Origin: Steroidobacteraceae bacterium
Lineage (GTDB): Bacteria; Pseudomonadota; Gammaproteobacteria; Steroidobacterales; Steroidobacteraceae
DNA length: 64,000 bases
NCBI GenBank assembly: GCA_036502605.1
Contig: DASXYI010000004.1
Span: 5,712-69,711, forward strand
Reading direction: 5' to 3'
Made by a program: the position numbers and the translations under genes. Below are positions 8,794 through 18,127 of this stretch, piece by piece (the stretch's first letter is position 1; each line of letters begins with the position of its first letter). The notes under the pieces were generated by a model, which saw nothing but the letters and a program-made list of their open reading frames with translations, had not been told where the DNA came from and did not search any database.

Positions 8794-10209
8794 ATGGAAT
8801 ATAACGACTTCTATGCAGTAGTTCCAACATCCCTTATAATGCCGGGCAAGCGAACGTGCCCGGAATGCGGAGGAGGCGAAGTGGCGGACGAAATTGATCG
8901 GTCAGAGCTGGAACGCGCACTGGAAAACGCGGAGCGCGATTATCGCAATCTCAACCCCAAGAGCCTTGAGCACTGGCGATCGGCGTGTGTGCATCTGCCG
9001 CGCGGCAATACGCGCAGCATTCTGCATTTCGATCCCTTTCCCGTTGTCCTAGATCGCGGCCAAGGCGCGCGAGTATGGGACATAGACGGCAACGAGCGCC
9101 TAGACTTTCTGAACGAATATGGCGCAGGTCTGTATGGTCATTCTGACCGCGTAATATCGGCGGCACTCCGTACCGCGATCGCCGACGGCCTCACGCTTGG
9201 AGGGCTCAACAAGTACGAAACTGAACTGGCACGCTTGGTACGTGAGCGATTTCCGTCTTTCGAAAAGGTTCGCTTCTGCAACTCCGCCACGGAAGCTTCG
9301 CTTTACGCCATCGGTCTGGCTCGCGCGGCAACCGACCGGACGGATGTAATGGTCTTTGACGGCGCCTATCATGGTGGAAATCTTTCGTTCGCGACCAGAG
9401 CTTCCAGAACCAACGCACCGTATCCCTATCGGTTCGGTACCTACAATGATGTGGAGAAAACCTTCGCCGAGCTGAATCGCGATAGCGGGGATATAGCGGC
9501 CCTTATCATCGAACCTATGATGGCCGGAGGCGGCGGAATACCGGCCGAATCGACATTTCTTCGCGCGCTGCGCGAGGAAACCAAGCGGCTGGGCGTGATC
9601 CTGATCTTCGACGAAGCAATGACGTCGCGAATGTCGCCGGGCGGCCTTCAGGGCTATCACAAGATAACGCCAGATCTGACAGCGTGCGGGAAGTATCTCG
9701 GCGGGGGGCTGGCGAGCGGGGTGTTTGGCGGCCGTGCCGATATCATGGATTTGATCGACGGACAGCAGCCGAATGCGGTCATCCATTCGGGCACATTCAA
9801 CAACAATGTATTGGCAATGGCCGCCGGCGCCGCGGGTCTGCGCGATGTGTTCTCTGCCGAAAGGGCCGCCGATCTACACGCGCGCGGCGACCGGCTGCGG
9901 CAAAAGCTGAACGACGCTGGACGGGGAAGCGGAGTACCGGTCAGCGTGACTGGAATAGGCTCGCTCATGGCGATCCATTTGCAGTCACGAGATATCCGAA
10001 GACCAGCGGATTTGGAAGTACCGGATGCGATGCGTAAACTGCTGCATCTCGAACTGCTCAACAGAGGATTCTACATTGCGCGCCGAGGATACATTACGCT
10101 CTCCTTGCCGTTGAGCGATCGCGATTGCGATCAATTCGTTTTGGCGTTCAAAGACGTGCTAAAGGGCATGGCGCGGATTTACGAGAGAGGCGTCGAGACA
10201 GTCACCTAA
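8794..10209 (+). CDS. class III (aspartate aminotransferase fold) PLP-dependent aminotransferase, glutamate-1-semialdehyde aminomutase-like
   Basis: 471 aa. Blocks ..RVWDIDGNERLDFLNEYGAGLYGHSD.., ..IFDEAMTSR.. and the PLP-lysine block ..CGKYLGGGLASGVFGG... The start is uncertain; ATG 8839 is an alternative. Confidence 0.85.
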   Translation: MEYNDFYAVVPTSLIMPGKRTCPECGGGEVADEIDRSELERALENAERDYRNLNPKSLEHWRSACVHLPRGNTRSILHFDPFPVVLDRGQGARVWDIDGNERLDFLNEYGAGLYGHSDRVISAALRTAIADGLTLGGLNKYETELARLVRERFPSFEKVRFCNSATEASLYAIGLARAATDRTDVMVFDGAYHGGNLSFATRASRTNAPYPYRFGTYNDVEKTFAELNRDSGDIAALIIEPMMAGGGGIPAESTFLRALREETKRLGVILIFDEAMTSRMSPGGLQGYHKITPDLTACGKYLGGGLASGVFGGRADIMDLIDGQQPNAVIHSGTFNNNVLAMAAGAAGLRDVFSAERAADLHARGDRLRQKLNDAGRGSGVPVSVTGIGSLMAIHLQSRDIRRPADLEVPDAMRKLLHLELLNRGFYIARRGYITLSLPLSDRDCDQFVLAFKDVLKGMARIYERGVETVT

Positions 10210-10316
10210 CCCCTCCGATGACTCGTCGGTTGGCTCGATCGCTGGAAGGAGGGGCCGTAATATTCTGCGGAACCGGATAAAATGCGGAGGAAACAGGCAA
10301 GGGGTTGCGTTGATAC

Positions 10317-10811
10317 ATGGAAAGGACAAACGAAGTGAACAAGGTGCGTAAAGTGGCGACACGTCAGAAATCTCAGAGCCCAGTGAACGAAAGCATGGGG
10401 TACCTGGTGAGGCGGACCTACCGTAATATGACGCGCGGCCTGGAGGTGCGGTTGCAACAGCATGGGGTCACTCTCAGCATGTGGTTCTTTTTGCGTCTTT
10501 TATGGGAAGGCGATGGAAAGACGCAAAAGGAGTTGACGGAGGAGCTCGGCCTCCGGCAGCCGACGACGGTGTCCGCCATGGACACATTGGAAAAGCGCAG
10601 CCTGGTTCGCCGCGCTCCCAATCCCAATGATCGACGCAGTACCCTCATATTCCTGACAGATGCCGGGAGAAGCATCAAAGCAAAACTGTTGCCGTACGCC
10701 GACGAGGCAAACATGCTGGCGCTCAAGGACTTGAGCGCGGCGGAAATCGGGACCCTTCGCAAGTTGCTTCTCAAGATCAATGCGACTCTGGAGTCAAGCC
10801 GCTCCGATTGA
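10317..10811 (+). CDS. MarR family transcriptional regulator
   Basis: 164 aa. Winged-helix block ..GVTLSMWFFLRLLWEGDGKTQKELTEELGLRQPTTVSAMDTLEKRSLVRRAPNPNDRRSTLIFLTDAG... Confidence 0.9.
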   Translation: MERTNEVNKVRKVATRQKSQSPVNESMGYLVRRTYRNMTRGLEVRLQQHGVTLSMWFFLRLLWEGDGKTQKELTEELGLRQPTTVSAMDTLEKRSLVRRAPNPNDRRSTLIFLTDAGRSIKAKLLPYADEANMLALKDLSAAEIGTLRKLLLKINATLESSRSD

Positions 10812-10848
10812 TTCCCTACCCGCAGCCGCGGCTGAGCGGCCTCGATTG

Positions 10849-10902
10849 CCGATAAAATCGCCCGATAATTGCATTGACACCTATTGAATCGAGGTCTATG
10901 CT
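10849..10902 (+). promoter_or_regulatory. candidate sigma70 promoter (TTGACA-17 nt-TATGCT) preceded by direct CCGATAA repeats (possible MarR operator)
   Basis: TTGACA at 10874..10879, a 17-nt spacer, then TATGCT at 10897..10902. CCGATAA occurs at 10849..10855 and again at 10862..10868. Pattern match only. Confidence 0.35.
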
Positions 10903-10951
10903 CTTTTGGAAATTAAAGAGCATCAAGGTCGGGCGGCCCGTCGCGCCGGCG

Positions 10952-11521
10952 ATGGGAGGAACCTTGCCGTCATTGACACGTCTTGAATACAGTCAGCTTG
11001 ATCCAAATCTGGCCGCGAAACTCGAACCGCGTGTTCGACGCCTCGGCTATCTTGGCGAATTTTTCAAATGCGCAGGGCACCAGCCGGAAGCTCTGGCCGC
11101 GTTCATGGAGTTCACCGAGGCCAGCAAAAAGGGATTGACGGACAATTTGGTCGAGACCATTGCGTTGACCGCTGCCAATTGGATGGGCAACGCGTATGAG
11201 CGAAACCAGCATGAACGACTTGCCTTGCGTTTGGGCTTTGACCGCGAGTGGGTCGCGGCAATCAACAGGATGGCGCCCGATTCACAGCAGGGGCTGCCCC
11301 ACGCGGAGCGTCTTATGCAGCGGCTTGTACTCGAGGTGCTGGACACGAAGGGGGTGGGCGCGGCGACGCTGCTTGAGCAGACCATCGATGAGCTAGGCGA
11401 CGCGGCGGCGGTCGCTGCGTTGATGGTGCTCGGTAGGTATGTCGTGCATGGGCTTCTTGTGAACGCGCTGGGGTTAAAGCCCCCTGTGCCGTCCATATTC
11501 GAGGATCAATTCGCCGTATGA
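10952..11521 (+). CDS. carboxymuconolactone decarboxylase (AhpD-like) family protein
   Basis: Blocks ..LGYLGEFFKCAGHQPEALAAFMEFTEA.. and ..NAYERNQHERLALRLG... The ORF track starts at 10874. ATG 10898 lies inside the putative -10 element, so I prefer ATG 10952 (MGGTLPSLTRLEY..). The start remains uncertain. Confidence 0.75.
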   Translation: MGGTLPSLTRLEYSQLDPNLAAKLEPRVRRLGYLGEFFKCAGHQPEALAAFMEFTEASKKGLTDNLVETIALTAANWMGNAYERNQHERLALRLGFDREWVAAINRMAPDSQQGLPHAERLMQRLVLEVLDTKGVGAATLLEQTIDELGDAAAVAALMVLGRYVVHGLLVNALGLKPPVPSIFEDQFAV

Positions 11522-12531
11522 GCAACCGCGACCCAATCTGGATCAAAGAGCCGGAAGTAGTCGAGATGATGAACCTTTGCGAAGCGATCGAGGCGCTCGA
11601 AGCGGGTCTGCGGCTGCAGGCCGAAGGCAGCGCCCGAAATATGACCAAGGCGCACCTGCGCTGGGATGGCAGCAATACCCTTCACGCCGTCGGCGGGGTA
11701 TTCGAGGATGCGCAAGTCGTCGGGACAAAGACGTGGGCCCACACGGCAAGCGGAGCCACGCCGCTTCTCGTGCTTTGGGATGCGGTCACCGGCGCGCTGC
11801 TTGCCGTCATTGAAGCCTTCGCCCTCGGCCAACTTCGCACGGGGGCGATGTCGGGCGTCGCGACGCGCTGGATGGCGGCGGACGACGCTAACGTCGTTGC
11901 AATTATCGGCACGGGACATCAAGCGTTGTCCCAGCTAGCGGCGGTCGCCTCAGTGCGCGACGTGCGCATTGTGAGAGTTTGGGGACGCAATCCTGAAGGG
12001 CGCCGAAAATTCGCCGCCGCGGCTGAAGCGCTGGGATACGGGTTTACCGTCGAGATTGCGGAGACTGTCCAAGAGGCCGCAAGCGAGGCCCAAATCGTCA
12101 CGCTGGTTACGCGAGCAAACGAGCCGTTCTTTACCAGCGCCATGGCCGCGAAAGGCACGCATATCAACGCGGTGGGCGCAATCACGCCGGAGCGCCAGGA
12201 ATTTACGCGAGACGTTCTCGAGCGCGCGGGACTCGTAGCTGCCGACGATCCCGCCGCTGCGCGAAAGCTCTCGGCGGAGTTCGGCAAATTCTACACGGAC
12301 GATACTTGGACGCAGGTACGCGCCGTTTCCGATTTGGTGCGAGCCGGCGCCGGCCGTCCGCAAGACTGCGACCTGTCGGTGTTCAAAGCCATGGGCATGG
12401 GGCTTTCTGACTTGGCGCTCGGGATTCGACTCTACGGTCAAGCCGTGGATCGGGGCCTTGGTCGGCCGTTCAATCAACCGACCAGGAAGCAACCTCGCCT
12501 GGGTCCCCAGTTCTCAGGAGCATCAGTGTGA
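11518..12531 (+). CDS. ornithine cyclodeaminase / mu-crystallin family protein
   Basis: 337 aa. The start overlaps the upstream stop (ATGA). Rossmann block ..VVAIIGTGHQALSQLAAVASV... The protein is collinear with the ornithine cyclodeaminase (OCD) family over its full length. Confidence 0.85.
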   Translation: MSNRDPIWIKEPEVVEMMNLCEAIEALEAGLRLQAEGSARNMTKAHLRWDGSNTLHAVGGVFEDAQVVGTKTWAHTASGATPLLVLWDAVTGALLAVIEAFALGQLRTGAMSGVATRWMAADDANVVAIIGTGHQALSQLAAVASVRDVRIVRVWGRNPEGRRKFAAAAEALGYGFTVEIAETVQEAASEAQIVTLVTRANEPFFTSAMAAKGTHINAVGAITPERQEFTRDVLERAGLVAADDPAAARKLSAEFGKFYTDDTWTQVRAVSDLVRAGAGRPQDCDLSVFKAMGMGLSDLALGIRLYGQAVDRGLGRPFNQPTRKQPRLGPQFSGASV

Positions 12532-13649
12532 GTGAACTTCGCATAGACTTCGACGCCGCTTTCCCGACGTTCGTAGACCAAACGGGGGTGAGTTGCGCCG
12601 CCAATTCGCCATGGGCACCCGTGATCGTCACAAAGGAGCAAATCGATAGCGAGGTCGATCGGCTTGCAGCGCTTCCGAGGCCGGCTAATGGGCGCCGAAG
12701 CTCGCTAATCGTACACTCTGCGGCAATTACTCCGGCGCTCGCCCCGGGCATCCAGGTCGCATTGTCGGTCTTGAACCCCGGCGAGCGCACGACGCCTTTT
12801 AGGCACAACGCGACGGAAGTCAATTTCTGCATTCGAGGGAGCGGTCGCAGCCAGTGGGGGAATCGCAGCGTGGCCTTCGGCCAATTCGACGTGTGGAATA
12901 CACCGTCCTACTCGACGTACTGGCGCGAAAACAGCGGCAGCGATTTGCAAGTGTGCCTTACCTACTCCAACGCGTCGCTGCTGCGGTACATGCAGGTTTA
13001 TGTCGCGGAGGAAAATCCCGGCATCACGAAGATCGCGGAAGATGAACGCAATCTGATTCGCGGCAACGGCCAATCGAGCCCATACGGCGTATTCGAAATC
13101 GGCAGCGACGGGGCCATGTTAATGCCATACGAAACGGTGATAGATCCGCCGGCGATCGAATCAAAGGGTCTATTCTGGCCGTGGGAGACGGTCCACTCAG
13201 AATTGAAAAGGCTCGAGGCTCTGGGTTCTGACTACGTCGGTCGTCGGCTTTATCTTTTGTACAATCCGATGACGGGAAGAACCAACGGAACGACGCCGAA
13301 CTTCTTTGCCACGATCACGATCCGGCCTCCCAATATCGTCGACCGACCGCATCGTCACGTGTCGGCCGCTATCAACTATTACTTCCGAGGACAAGGGCGC
13401 AGTTCTGTAGCAGGAAATCTGTATGAATGGAAAGCCGGCGACCTGATGTTGTCGGCGCCGGGATGGACCGTACACAATCACGCGTCCTACGAGGAAACCG
13501 TCTACGAGCTCACGATTCAAGATCAGCCGCTCAACATCGCCATGGAATCGCTTCTCTGGCAGGAGAATATGAAAAAGCCGCCGGCACTTTTGGGCGTGAA
13601 ATCTGGAGTCGACGACAATTTTGGGCGTCTCTTGCGGACCCCGAGTTGA
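12528..13649 (+). CDS. bicupin protein, gentisate 1,2-dioxygenase-like
   Basis: 373 aa. The GTG start overlaps the OCD-family stop (GTGTGA). Two cupin modules are visible (..TPFRHNATEVNFCIRGSGRSQWG.. and ..HRHVSAAINYYFRGQGRSSVAG..WKAGDLMLSAPGWTVHNH..). Confidence 0.75.
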   Translation: MSELRIDFDAAFPTFVDQTGVSCAANSPWAPVIVTKEQIDSEVDRLAALPRPANGRRSSLIVHSAAITPALAPGIQVALSVLNPGERTTPFRHNATEVNFCIRGSGRSQWGNRSVAFGQFDVWNTPSYSTYWRENSGSDLQVCLTYSNASLLRYMQVYVAEENPGITKIAEDERNLIRGNGQSSPYGVFEIGSDGAMLMPYETVIDPPAIESKGLFWPWETVHSELKRLEALGSDYVGRRLYLLYNPMTGRTNGTTPNFFATITIRPPNIVDRPHRHVSAAINYYFRGQGRSSVAGNLYEWKAGDLMLSAPGWTVHNHASYEETVYELTIQDQPLNIAMESLLWQENMKKPPALLGVKSGVDDNFGRLLRTPS

Positions 13650-13745
13650 TCGACTGTCCGCTAATGCACGGCGGCGGACGCGGCCTTCTTGGCTTTATGC
13701 CGATGCACACGCGCTTTGGCGCGTACTCGATCCGCGGTGGAGCTC

Positions 13746-16298
13746 CTACTGCAATCGTTCGAACACGGCTTTGGCCTCGGCGAGCTTGCCGAGTACCCGC
13801 TCCCGCTCCTGCAGGGAATTCCAATCCGGATAACGGGCGGTGCTGTCGGATAAGTGCTCGATCCACGCCGCGAAGAATCTAGCGTCTGCCGGGGAACGCG
13901 GCGCCGCGCCGCGCACAGTCACGTAGACGGGACTGGTTGTGGCGTACACGAAATTGTCCAGGACGGGATATTTCGCCTCGGCTGTGAACGCGCGCAGCAC
14001 GCACCAACCGCTGGTATCCAAGGGTATTTTACCGCTGACTTCTGCGCTATTGCGCGCCGCGCCGAGCGGCAGCTCGCGCACCACCGCACCGTTGCAGACG
14101 ATTTGCGCATGGTCCAGCGGTACGATGGAGCGCAACCGCGCCTTGAATGCCACACGCCGCGCACGCTCGAGCTGCAGGGTGCCGCCGATGAGATTCTCCT
14201 CCAGCGCAAAATCGAGCAGCGGTCCATTGGTCGCGAAGCTTCTACCGTGCCGCAAGGCCTCGAGCCAGGTCCCGCTGTTCAGCGCGCCGTTGGGCACGGA
14301 CGCATAGACGCGATTCATGCCGACCGGACCGCGCAGCGACGCATAATTGGCCATCGCATCGGTGCCGCCCGCGGCGGGTATGCGAAATCCCAAATTCAGC
14401 AGGCGATACCAAACACCGGCGGTTGCTTGGTGATCGCTGAAACCGACGACTTCCATATAGTCGACCTTGCCCAGCGCGACGTCGACGGGCAACTCATCGG
14501 CGTCGGTGTGCGCTGGCTTGGTGAGCGGCGCCGGCTCTTCCTCGAACGGATGTACATAGCCCACCAGGGCGTCCTGGGCATGGGCGAGATCGGCGATGTC
14601 GGCGTTCATGGGGTACAGGCTTGCCGCCGCCGTGTTCGGATAGCCGGCGTAGCCGGGCAAGAGAACGTGCTCGTGCAGATTGAGCAATCCGAGGTGGCCC
14701 CAGTAACTGGTGTGAAACTCCTGACCGTGCACCACCAGCGCGTCGGACGTGGAGGCGGGATCGAGACCGCCGCCGCTGAACGCAATATCCGGGAAGCGTT
14801 GTTCCTTGTTGACGATGAGGTTCTCGACGATGCCGAGATCCTCGGCCTGCGCCTGCATCGCCAAATGCGCCGGCGTGTTGCGATAGTTGCCGCCGTAGTT
14901 CATGTGCACATGAACGTCGGCGCTGACCCAGGGTTTGCCTGAGCTATCGAGCCAGGGATTGGCGGCGAGCACGGTTTCGACTTGCACACTGCTGCCCGCC
15001 GCGACCGGTACGCTGCGTCGATCCGGCTTGCGCTCGAAACCCTTCATCACATCGACCTGGATGATACCTGCCGGCACGTCGATCACGTCCTCGCCGCGGG
15101 TATGAAAGTAGCGCGACTCGAACGGCTGCTCATTGCGGTCGAAAACGGCGGAGTGTGTCCACGCATCCGCGGGTGCGTAGAAGCGGCCCGCCGCATCGGT
15201 GACCGTTACGCGCGCCGGCGTGAGCATGCCGTGCTCGTCGCGCACGCTGACATGCAAGGTACCGCTCGGCCGCAGCCGCCGGTTCTCGCTCACCTGCAGG
15301 GCGCGCATGCCGGCTCCGGGCAGGCGCAGCAAATCGAGTTCCGTGCCGCCGTGGCGATTGGAAATGAACGCAATCTGCTGTCCGTCCGGCGACCAGCGGG
15401 GCGCCGTGTTATCCCAGTCGCCGTAGGTCAGTGGAAACGGTTCGCCGCCGGTTCCCGGCATGACCCAGAGCTGCAGCCAGTTGCGGCCCAAATAGGAGCT
15501 ATAGACCAAGCGCTGTCCTTCCGGCGAGAACTCGGGTCGCGCGCGCCAGTTCGTCTCCTCGTAGTGCAATTCGGTGGGCTCGGACCCGGGTTCCGCCGCC
15601 ATGCGCCAGAAACCACCTGTGCCGTGGATGCGGCCGCGATTCGAGATGAACACGATGGATTTACCATCGCGCGTCCATGTTGGATTGATTTCGTGATCGT
15701 AGGCGCTGTAGTAGTAGCGCGGCAGCGCACTCTTGTTTTCGCCCGTGAGCCGTACATTGTTGGTCAGTTGGCCGTTTTGCACGTCGGCCATGAACACATG
15801 GAAGCGGCGATGGTACGCCGTCGAGACATACACCAACCGGCGCCCGTCGGGCGACCAGCGCGGCTCCACGTTGACCGCACCGCCTTGCGTCAGCCCGTGG
15901 GCCTGGCCCGAACCCAAATCGAGCAGCCGCAGCTCGTTCGCGCCGCCATGTTCCGATGAATAGACCACCGAGCGTCCGTCGGGCGACCAGTCGGGCTGGT
16001 AGTCGTAGCCGGGTCCGTCGGTGAGCTGAATGGCGACCGTCGAGTCAATCGACTGGCGCCACAAGGAACCGGCGCGCGAATACACGACCTCGCGCGAATC
16101 CGGCGACCAGGCCACCGCGCTCGGGCCGCTGGTGAGCTGCGGCAGGTACATTTCCTCGAAGTAGTAGGGATGCGGTAAATCGATGCGCGGGACGTTGTCC
16201 GGCGGCGCACCACGCACGGCACCCGCGGTCGCGATCAACGACAGAAGGCCAATGGCGCTTGGCCGTGCAAACGCGCGCAAGTATGACGACCCGAACAC
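13746..16298 (-). CDS. secreted TolB-like beta-propeller fused to a CehA/PHP-type metallohydrolase domain
   Basis: 850 aa. Signal peptide MFGSSYLRAFARPSAIGLLSLIATAGAVRG. Six PD40-type repeats (AWSPDSREVVYS, DWSPDGRSVVYSS, RWSPDGRRLVYVS, TWTRDGKSIVFIS, EFSPEGQRLVYSS, RWSPDGQQIAFIS). The C-terminal half carries ..SADVHVHMNYGG.., ..VVHGQEFHT.. and ..GYVHPFEE.., consistent with a PHP/CehA metal site. Confidence 0.85.
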   Translation of the reverse strand: MFGSSYLRAFARPSAIGLLSLIATAGAVRGAPPDNVPRIDLPHPYYFEEMYLPQLTSGPSAVAWSPDSREVVYSRAGSLWRQSIDSTVAIQLTDGPGYDYQPDWSPDGRSVVYSSEHGGANELRLLDLGSGQAHGLTQGGAVNVEPRWSPDGRRLVYVSTAYHRRFHVFMADVQNGQLTNNVRLTGENKSALPRYYYSAYDHEINPTWTRDGKSIVFISNRGRIHGTGGFWRMAAEPGSEPTELHYEETNWRARPEFSPEGQRLVYSSYLGRNWLQLWVMPGTGGEPFPLTYGDWDNTAPRWSPDGQQIAFISNRHGGTELDLLRLPGAGMRALQVSENRRLRPSGTLHVSVRDEHGMLTPARVTVTDAAGRFYAPADAWTHSAVFDRNEQPFESRYFHTRGEDVIDVPAGIIQVDVMKGFERKPDRRSVPVAAGSSVQVETVLAANPWLDSSGKPWVSADVHVHMNYGGNYRNTPAHLAMQAQAEDLGIVENLIVNKEQRFPDIAFSGGGLDPASTSDALVVHGQEFHTSYWGHLGLLNLHEHVLLPGYAGYPNTAAASLYPMNADIADLAHAQDALVGYVHPFEEEPAPLTKPAHTDADELPVDVALGKVDYMEVVGFSDHQATAGVWYRLLNLGFRIPAAGGTDAMANYASLRGPVGMNRVYASVPNGALNSGTWLEALRHGRSFATNGPLLDFALEENLIGGTLQLERARRVAFKARLRSIVPLDHAQIVCNGAVVRELPLGAARNSAEVSGKIPLDTSGWCVLRAFTAEAKYPVLDNFVYATTSPVYVTVRGAAPRSPADARFFAAWIEHLSDSTARYPDWNSLQERERVLGKLAEAKAVFERLQ

Positions 16299-16322
16299 GG
16301 TAGATACAGGAGGCCCGCGTAT

Positions 16323-17225
16323 CTACAGTATCGGGTGCACGGGGCTGAAGACCGGAACGAACAGGTAGCGTCGCGCCAATTCGCCATAGCCCTTGTAGAC
16401 AAAATGCGCATTGTTTTCCAAAAGTTCCACGCGGTTGTCACGGTAGAACCGCGGAATGTCGTACCACGCCATGGTCGGCTTCAAATGATGGGCGACATGC
16501 AAATTGTTGTACAAGTACAGCAGGCCGAACACGACGTTCGACTCGACCGAGGCGGTGCGCTGCTGCGAATCTTCCGCGGCTCGATGCTCGGTGAATGCAC
16601 GCAGCAAGCCGAGGCTCAAACCGGGATACGCGACCAACAGGCAGTATTGCCACCACGGAAAGGCGCAAATTCCGGAGATAAACCAAAACAGCACTGCCAG
16701 CGCAACGACATGCACGGCCCAGTGCGGCAAATGGCTGTAGTCGCTCTGGCCCACACGCCGGGTTTCTCTATTGACCAGCAGCCACAAGCGCAGCGCCGGG
16801 CCAATGAGCAACCGCCCGGCCATGGTTTGATTGAACGTCAGCAGGGCGCGTTTAATGCGCCCCATGCGCTCCCATTCCGCCCGCAGCACGTAATACGACT
16901 CGGTGTCCACGCCGGGGACGGTGAGATGGATGTCGCGGTGATGGGTACTATGGCTCTTGCGGTACAGCGGGAATGGAAACCACAGCCCTAGAGGCGGAAA
17001 TACCACGGCAAAGCGCAGCCACCCGGGGACTCCGCGGAAGGCGTGGATGGCTTCGTGTTGCAGCGAGAAATGCCATGCAAGGAGGTATGCGCCCACCGGC
17101 ATGATGACCCACCAGGGAAGGAGTGCATTGAACCAGATGAGAAGAAACCAAGCAGAATACAGCACCGCCGCCACCACCCAGGTGGGGCCGTCGAATCGGC
17201 GAAATGCCTGTAGAAAACTATTCAT
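16323..17225 (-). CDS. membrane fatty-acid desaturase/hydroxylase family protein (di-iron, three His boxes)
   Basis: 300 aa. His boxes HEAIH, HSTHH and HVAHH. Hydrophobic N-terminal helices. Substrate unknown. Confidence 0.85.
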   Translation of the reverse strand: MNSFLQAFRRFDGPTWVVAAVLYSAWFLLIWFNALLPWWVIMPVGAYLLAWHFSLQHEAIHAFRGVPGWLRFAVVFPPLGLWFPFPLYRKSHSTHHRDIHLTVPGVDTESYYVLRAEWERMGRIKRALLTFNQTMAGRLLIGPALRLWLLVNRETRRVGQSDYSHLPHWAVHVVALAVLFWFISGICAFPWWQYCLLVAYPGLSLGLLRAFTEHRAAEDSQQRTASVESNVVFGLLYLYNNLHVAHHLKPTMAWYDIPRFYRDNRVELLENNAHFVYKGYGELARRYLFVPVFSPVHPIL

Positions 17226-17293
17226 AGCCGTATTCTATTAATACTCCGGTGATGAAAGGTCAAGCCGCGCCCGTCATCATGTCGCGTCCCTCG

Positions 17294-18127
17294 TCACATC
17301 TCGAACGCAGGGTGGGTGGCGGCGGCGAATCGATGCGAGCCCCAATACTCCCGCGCCGCCTCGAAGCGTTCCCGCAACACGACGTAGGACGAAGGATCCG
17401 GCCGCGTGAAGCGCTGCAGCAACAATTTATGCATTATGGTCTTTATCGAAGCGCTTCGGTGCGCTCCAAGAAATGCCGCTTGCAGCGCGTCCAGACCCTC
17501 CTTGTCGAGACCTTTCTGGGATGCCACCAGCGGCGGGATGGGCGTGGGGACCGTCTGACCGACCGTGCGCACCCGGGAGGCCAAATCCGGGCGGTATTCT
17601 CGCAATAGCTCTAAGGCATACGAATCAATGGGCGCGATGTCGGCTGTACCCGTGATGACGGCGGTGAGTGCGCCCAGGGGCGTGATCGTCGGCGCGATGA
17701 CTTCTCCGAACAGCGGCGGCTCGGCGTGCGCCGCCATGAAGTAGGTCAGCGCTGCGAGGCAGCCGGATTGAGAGCCTGGCACCGTGAGGGCGATTCGCTT
17801 GCCGAAGGTATCGGGGACGGTTCGAAAGGCACTGTCCTCGCGGACCACGAAATCGCTCCAGTACCGCTCCTCACCTCCAAATTCGGGCGGCGAGGGCACG
17901 GGTGTGGCAACCAGCAGCGGTTGTGGTTCCGCGCGTGAAAAGGGTAGCCCGCACATGAACACGGCGCCCATATCGCTCCGCTGCCACAGCTCCTCTATCG
18001 GCGCGGGCTCCGCATGGTCGATCAACGTCACCGGCAGACCCGCCTGGGCGAAAAGCGCCGACAGCAGCGCACGCCACAGGGCGCCCACCTCGGCGCTCAC
18101 GGAATACATGCGGGCATTGGCAATCAT
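17294..18127 (-). CDS. PhnD/SsuA-type periplasmic-binding-protein-fold protein without a signal peptide
   Basis: 277 aa beginning MIANARMYSVSAEVGALWRALL.. with no hydrophobic leader. ..RIALTVPGSQSGCLAAL.. and ..ADIAPIDSYALELL.. resemble phosphonate/phosphite-binding-protein family blocks. The ATG overlaps the stop of the upstream lyase homolog (ATGA at 18124..18127). Confidence 0.75.
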   Translation of the reverse strand: MIANARMYSVSAEVGALWRALLSALFAQAGLPVTLIDHAEPAPIEELWQRSDMGAVFMCGLPFSRAEPQPLLVATPVPSPPEFGGEERYWSDFVVREDSAFRTVPDTFGKRIALTVPGSQSGCLAALTYFMAAHAEPPLFGEVIAPTITPLGALTAVITGTADIAPIDSYALELLREYRPDLASRVRTVGQTVPTPIPPLVASQKGLDKEGLDALQAAFLGAHRSASIKTIMHKLLLQRFTRPDPSSYVVLRERFEAAREYWGSHRFAAATHPAFEM

